Source: an uncultured bacterium (GTDB lineage: Bacteria > Abyssobacteria > SURF-5). From it: a stretch of 11,037 nt of DNA. The stretch covers positions 1-11,037 of the forward strand of contig CAZEBC010000133.1 of NCBI GenBank assembly GCA_964510165.1. The letters are read 5' to 3'. Position 1 is the stretch's first letter. Each line of letters begins with the position of its first letter. A program made the translations under genes and the position numbers. Positions 6,900 through 11,037 of this stretch are shown piece after piece. Under the pieces are notes generated by a model. The model had not been told where the DNA came from and searched no databases. It saw nothing but the letters and a program-made list of their open reading frames with translations.

Positions 6900-8807
6900 A
6901 TGAGCGCAGCCATCTTTCGAAAATTCACGCTCCTAAGGCTTTTCACTATTTGCGTCTTGCTGGTCGCGGTGGCCGCTGGCGTTCCGGCACCCGCCGCGGG
7001 CGAATTCACGCAGGAAAAGGTCTGCGCACCCGGCCAATACCAGGGATATTCATTCCCGAAATATGACGGAATCGAAACCACTTCGTTTTACCTCACCATG
7101 CGCGACGGCGTGAAGATCGCCGTGGACCTGCATCTGCCAAAGGGACTCAAGGACGGCGAGAAACTTCCGACCATTTTGTTTCAAACACGGTACGTGCGTT
7201 CGCTCGATTACCGCTGGCCGTTCAGCGCGTTCTCCGACATGTCGCCCGAATCTGGAAAGGCGATCAAGCTGTTCGTGCCGCGAGGATACGCCTGGGTGGA
7301 CGTTGACGTGCGCGGCTCGGGCGCGTCGTTCGGAACCCGGCCCTACCCATGGTCTCCCGACGAGGTGAAGGACGGCGGCGAGATAGTCGATTGGATCATC
7401 CGACAGCCGTGGTCCGACGGAACGGTCGGCTCGCTCGGATGGTCCTACACCGGCTCGACCAGCGAATTCCTGCTCGTCAACAATCACCCCGCCGTCAAGG
7501 CGGTCGCGCCACGGTTCGCCTTGTTCGATGCCTACACCGACATCGCGTATCCCGGCGGCATCCATCTCGCATGGTTCACCGAAACCTGGGCCTGGGTGAA
7601 CCGCACGCTCGACCGTAACGCGATGAAGGAATTCGGCTTCATGCCCTGGCTCTCTGTAAGAGGAACGAGGCCAGTGGACGCAGACAAGGACCGCTCCATG
7701 CTCGCCGCCGCCATCAAAGAACACGAGGCGAACACGAGCGTGCATGAGCAATCCCTCGGCATGCAGTTTCGCGACGACATCTCGCCGTCCGGGCTCGGCA
7801 CGATCGACGCCTTCAGCCCACATGCCTTCCTCGACAAGCTCAATTCCTCCGGCGCGGCGGTGTACAGCTTCTCCGGCTGGTACGACGGCGCCTATCAGCA
7901 CGCCGCCATCAAGCGATACCTGAACCTGACTGTGCCGCAGAAGCTTACCATCGGGCCGTGGGATCACAGCATTGAGATTCGCCCGTGGTGGCCCAACGCG
8001 CAGAAGCCTGAGTTCGACTTCAACGCCGAAATGCTCAGGTTCTTCGATTACCACCTCAAGGGAATCGAGAACGGCGTGATGACCGAAAAGCCGATCCATT
8101 ACTACACGCTTGTCGAGGAAAAATGGAAAGAGGCCGACGCCTGGCCGCCAGCGTCCCAGCCCACCGTGTATTACTTCTCCGAGGACAACACGCTTGCGGG
8201 CGAAAAGCCCGAGGCCTCCGACGCATTCGACACTTATGTCGTGGATTACACCACCGGCACTCGCCTGCATTCGCGCTGGGTGTCACTCGTCAATATGGAC
8301 GGGACACCGATCGTGTATGAAGGCAGAATGGAGGAAGACAAGAAACTGCTGTGCTACACCTCAGCCCCGCTCGAACAAGACACCGAGGTGACCGGCCACC
8401 CCATCGTCACGCTCTATGTGTCCTCAACGCATGATGACGGCAACTTCTTCGCCTATCTTGAGGACGTTCACCCCGACGGTCAAGTCACCTACATCACCGA
8501 GGGCCAACTGCGCGCGCTCCATCGCAAGCTGAGCGTCGAGTCACCCCCGTACAAAGACGTCGTGCCGTACCACAGCTTCAAGCGCAACGACGCCATGCCG
8601 CTTGTCCCCGGCGAAGTCGCCGAACTCACATTCGATCTGTTGCCCACCTCGTACCTATTCAAGAAGGGGCACTCGATACGAGTAGCCATCGCCGGCGCGG
8701 ACAAGGACCACTTCACCCTCATGAAGACCGATCCCCCGCCGACCCTGAAATTCTATCGAAGCGAAGCATACGCATCATCTATACAGTTGTCGGTGATACC
8801 AAGATAG
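6900..8807 (+). CDS. CocE/NonD family hydrolase (alpha/beta hydrolase, X-Pro dipeptidyl-peptidase S15-like), with probable signal peptide
   Basis: MRDGVKIAVD, DVRGSGASFG, nucleophile elbow GWSYTG (Ser 7443-7445), GWYD, GPWDH triad motifs, C-terminal PepX_C-like region (YTSAPL...VTGHP; FKKGHSIRVAI). ATG 6900 follows GAGGAG and begins a basic + hydrophobic + Ala-x-Ala-type signal peptide. Confidence 0.93.
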   Translation: MSAAIFRKFTLLRLFTICVLLVAVAAGVPAPAAGEFTQEKVCAPGQYQGYSFPKYDGIETTSFYLTMRDGVKIAVDLHLPKGLKDGEKLPTILFQTRYVRSLDYRWPFSAFSDMSPESGKAIKLFVPRGYAWVDVDVRGSGASFGTRPYPWSPDEVKDGGEIVDWIIRQPWSDGTVGSLGWSYTGSTSEFLLVNNHPAVKAVAPRFALFDAYTDIAYPGGIHLAWFTETWAWVNRTLDRNAMKEFGFMPWLSVRGTRPVDADKDRSMLAAAIKEHEANTSVHEQSLGMQFRDDISPSGLGTIDAFSPHAFLDKLNSSGAAVYSFSGWYDGAYQHAAIKRYLNLTVPQKLTIGPWDHSIEIRPWWPNAQKPEFDFNAEMLRFFDYHLKGIENGVMTEKPIHYYTLVEEKWKEADAWPPASQPTVYYFSEDNTLAGEKPEASDAFDTYVVDYTTGTRLHSRWVSLVNMDGTPIVYEGRMEEDKKLLCYTSAPLEQDTEVTGHPIVTLYVSSTHDDGNFFAYLEDVHPDGQVTYITEGQLRALHRKLSVESPPYKDVVPYHSFKRNDAMPLVPGEVAELTFDLLPTSYLFKKGHSIRVAIAGADKDHFTLMKTDPPPTLKFYRSEAYASSIQLSVIPR

Positions 8808-8819
8808 AGCGAGGGCACA

Positions 8820-9187
8820 ATGAACACCAGACCATACCTCATAATCCTCGCCGTCCCGTTCGGACTGATGATAGTCAGCGGAATCCTCGGCGTTGGCTAG
8901 AATCATCCGAGACCTTGACGCGGGACAGCATCGGCTCGAAAGGGGTCATGATGGTGAAGCTGTTCTACCTCGGCCTGTTCTTTCTCGCCGCGTTCGCGGC
9001 GGTTCCGCTCATCCTCCATATGTTTATCGCCGGGCAGATCAGAATCGGCAACGGCGAAGTGTTCATCATCAAATGGCTTCAGGCGCACGAGCGTATGGTG
9101 GTCTATTGCGCGTGGGGATTCTTCGCGCTGGGCGTCGGAATAGCCTTTTCACTGGCCAGGAACGATATTCTGCAGCAACTGAAATAA
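8820..9187 (+). pseudogene. Small multi-TM hypothetical membrane protein, apparently split by a 1-nt deletion (~122 aa if repaired)
   Basis: ATG 8820 with GAGGG upstream gives MNTRPYLIILAVPFGLMIVSGILGVG* (stop at 8900). Adding one base at ~8893 (GGC GT- TGG CTA GAA) joins it to the frame of 8915..9187: ...ILGxWLESSETLTRDSIGSKGVMMVKLFYLGLFF... Confidence 0.6.
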
Positions 9188-9196
9188 GATGACAGA

Positions 9197-9371
9197 ATGT
9201 ATTCGCTCCAGTCAATCATCCTCGAGCACAAGCTCAAGTCTGCGTACGACCCCCGTCGAGGTCGCCGTCGGGCCCGGAGGCGCCGTCCTCTTGAGGGTGG
9301 AGACGAGCGACCCCGCGCAATGGCACGACCTCATTTATTTCGTGCGACAGATCGAATCGGCGGTCGAGTGA
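9197..9371 (+). pseudogene. Small hypothetical protein (~57 aa if repaired), apparently frameshifted at a C5 run
   Basis: The frame of 9197 has GC3-rich codons up to ...AYDP. The frame of 9189 has GC3-rich codons only after 9255 (VEVAVGPGG...IESAVE*), and its first half is Ser-rich, as expected for an off-frame reading. Removing one C from 9250-9254 joins the two. Confidence 0.5.
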
Positions 9372-9394
9372 CCAGCCCCGGCCCTTGCTCCCGC

Positions 9395-10546
9395 CTAGAA
9401 CGTCGGGCCCTGCTTGAGGTAGTTGAACGGGACCGAACGGTTTATCTCGGCGCAGGTGCGCCTGCCAGCGGCGACCTCGAGCGCGAGATCGAAAATCTCC
9501 CGGCCCACCTCTTGGATGGTCCTGCCCTCGTCAATCACCGTGCCTGCGTTCACGTCCATGTCGCCCGGCATCTTATTGTAAGTCGTCGAGTTGCTGGAGA
9601 CCTTGACGACGGGGACCGCCGGAAAGCCCGCGGTCGAGCCTCTTCCCGTGGTGAAGAGGATTATCTGCGCTCCAGCGGCAGCCATGCCGGCCATCGAGTC
9701 GATATCGTAGCCGGGTGTGTCCATCACGACGAATCCGCGCCTTGAGGGTCGGCCCGCGTATTCGATCACTTCGGTTATCGCCGTGGTGCCCCCCTTGGTT
9801 ATGCAGCCGAGCGATTTCTCCGTTATGGACGAAAGCCCGCCCTCGATGTTGCCGGGCGCGATCACCATTCCCGCCAATGCGCCCAGCGTCTCGCGCACGC
9901 GCTTCTCGTGCTCGTTCACCAGGCATTCCATCTGCTTGCCGAGATCGGGGTTGGCACAGCGGCGTTTCAGGATGTGGGCGGTCCCGATCATCTCGGTCGT
10001 CTCCGAAAGGATCACTGTGCCGCCCTGGGCCACGAACAGGTCGGCAGCCGCCCCGACGCTCGGGTTTGCGGTGACGCCGGAGAACGCATCCGAACCTCCG
10101 CACTCGAGCCCGACTACCAACTCGCTCACCGGCACGGGCTCGCGCTTTTGCGCCGCGAGTTGCTCCAGGAACCTTCCCGCAATCTCGATGCCCTTGCCAG
10201 TCGTCGCCCGGCTCCCGCCGGACTCCTGTATGACGAGTGCCTCGACGGGCTTGTCCTCCGCCATCTGTGTCAGGTACGAACTGTTGAGAGCCTCGCAGCC
10301 AAGACCGATCACAAGCACGGCGCCGACGTTGGGGTTGTTGATCAGGCCGCCGAGGGTGCGAATGCTGACACCGATATCGTCGGGAGTATAGCCGCAGCCG
10401 TACCCATGCGTGACCGCCACGACATCGGGTAGCGCGCGCCCTATTGCGTCTACGACTCCATTTGCGCACGCGACCGAAGACACCACGAGCACGTGGTTGC
10501 GAACACCAACCTTCCCGCCCTCGCGTTTATATCCGAGAAATTCCAT
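9395..10546 (-). CDS. UxaA/GarD/SuyB family dehydratase or sulfo-lyase, large (catalytic) subunit lacking the SAF domain
   Basis: Begins MEFLGYKREGGKVGVRNHV. Motifs HGYGC, NPNVGAVLVIGLGCE, GLECGGSD, NPSVG, SETTEMIG, PGNIEGGLSSITEKSLG, FTTGRG. RBS GGAGG on the minus strand at 10556-10560. The substrate cannot be assigned from sequence. Confidence 0.92.
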   Translation of the reverse strand: MEFLGYKREGGKVGVRNHVLVVSSVACANGVVDAIGRALPDVVAVTHGYGCGYTPDDIGVSIRTLGGLINNPNVGAVLVIGLGCEALNSSYLTQMAEDKPVEALVIQESGGSRATTGKGIEIAGRFLEQLAAQKREPVPVSELVVGLECGGSDAFSGVTANPSVGAAADLFVAQGGTVILSETTEMIGTAHILKRRCANPDLGKQMECLVNEHEKRVRETLGALAGMVIAPGNIEGGLSSITEKSLGCITKGGTTAITEVIEYAGRPSRRGFVVMDTPGYDIDSMAGMAAAGAQIILFTTGRGSTAGFPAVPVVKVSSNSTTYNKMPGDMDVNAGTVIDEGRTIQEVGREIFDLALEVAAGRRTCAEINRSVPFNYLKQGPTF

Positions 10547-10622
10547 GAAAGGATACCTCCGTCATCCAGGAGTTGACCATCTCCATTTGTCGATGAGAGT
10601 CCTGAAATCTCTCCCGACTCCC

Positions 10623-10649
10623 ATAGGGACACGATGCGCCGTGCCCTAC
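10623..10649. repeat. GTAG-type REP-like palindromic element
   Basis: Minus strand reads GTAGGGCACGGCGCATCGTGTCCCTAT. On the + strand TAGGG/CCCTA and CACG/CGTG pair, with a 1-nt bulge and 6-nt loop. Resembles GTAG-family REP sequences. Only one copy in the window. Confidence 0.55.
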
Positions 10650-10701
10650 ACAATGATGCTCGAATCGGGGCACATTCACTGTTCCCTCTGTGGGCTTGGG
10701 C

Positions 10702-10730
10702 ATTATATCAAAGCGCCGATTCCCTGTCTA
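10702..10730 (-). promoter_or_regulatory. sigma70-type promoter with extended -10 for the UxaA-family gene
   Basis: Minus strand: TAGACA (10730-10725), 17-nt spacer ending in TGA, TATAAT (10707-10702). This gives TGnTATAAT plus a 5/6 match to the -35 consensus. Confidence 0.75.
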
Positions 10731-11037
10731 TTCGGTCTCCCTCAAGGAAAGAGCCAGCAGCAGCCGCCATCAGGCCGGAGACCAGCGGCAATTGCCAGCT
10801 CAATCGTTCCCCCTGGCGAAAACCTTCTCCGCAAGAAACACCGCCAACCCGCTCAGACTGATCCCGAACAGCGCGACCGATATCGCCACGAACGCGAAAC
10901 GATACCACATCGAGACCGAAAAGATGCGGGTCAGCGCCATCTCAAGCATCAGGATCGACAGGCTGATCAGGCCGAGCCCCATGAAGTGGCACGTGTGAAC
11001 GCCAGCGCCGTCATGCGTCGAGACAACATGCTTCAAG
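10708..11037 (-). pseudogene. Frameshifted, truncated N-terminal remnant of a polytopic membrane protein of the spermidine-synthase-like/SAM-methyltransferase-fused type
   Basis: GLGLISLSILMLEMALTRIFSVSMWYRFAFVAISVALFG resembles the N-terminal LE..LTRIFS...YHFAF..IS.ALFG motif of those normally much longer proteins. The frame stops at 10800, right after a G5 run (10809-10813). A second frame continues the hydrophobic pattern (ERLSWQLPLVSGLMAAAAGSFL) and then runs into the promoter. The true start may lie outside the window. Confidence 0.6.

Noticed and set aside
7050-8270. 406-aa minus-strand ORF
   Set aside because: Antisense shadow of the well-supported CocE/NonD hydrolase.
6834-8807. CocE/NonD hydrolase as a sixth member of the operon, and its 6834 start
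   Set aside because: The 93-nt gap holds a probable separate promoter and an RBS pointing to ATG 6900. No functional link is evident, although read-through cannot be excluded because I see no terminator.
9372-9394. Possible bidirectional terminator between convergent genes
   Set aside because: No convincing stem-loop or U-tract.
9573-10469. 298-aa minus-strand ORF and overlapping + strand ORFs (9717-10391, 9908-10432, distal part of 9197-9745)
   Set aside because: Arg-rich or motif-less alternative frames overlapping the UxaA-family gene.
1-11037. CRISPR arrays, tRNA/rRNA genes, transposases or integrases
   Set aside because: No spaced direct repeats, RNA-gene signatures or recombinase motifs were seen by eye.

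Overview
GC-rich bacterial window. The first ~6.8 kb is a tightly packed five-gene operon on the + strand behind a near-consensus sigma70 promoter. It encodes: (1) a three-part fusion of a Hanks-type Ser/Thr kinase domain, a Clp N-terminal double repeat and one ClpA/B-type AAA+ module, in which both enzyme domains have lost key catalytic residues; (2) a stand-alone FHA protein with intact phosphothreonine-binding motifs; (3) a B-box-like Zn finger + TM helix + PQQ-like beta-propeller protein; (4) a second protein with the same Zn finger + TM helix + TPR-like region; (5) a rhomboid protease with an intact Ser-His dyad and a TPR-like tail. I infer a candidate signalling or membrane quality-control system coupling phospho-recognition to intramembrane proteolysis. 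I do not recognise it as described, but could not run searches. Downstream are a secreted CocE/NonD hydrolase, two small genes each apparently broken by a 1-nt frameshift, a convergent UxaA/GarD/SuyB-family large subunit with no SAF partner nearby, a GTAG-type REP-like hairpin in its leader, and a frameshifted, truncated remnant of a membrane-protein gene at the right edge.
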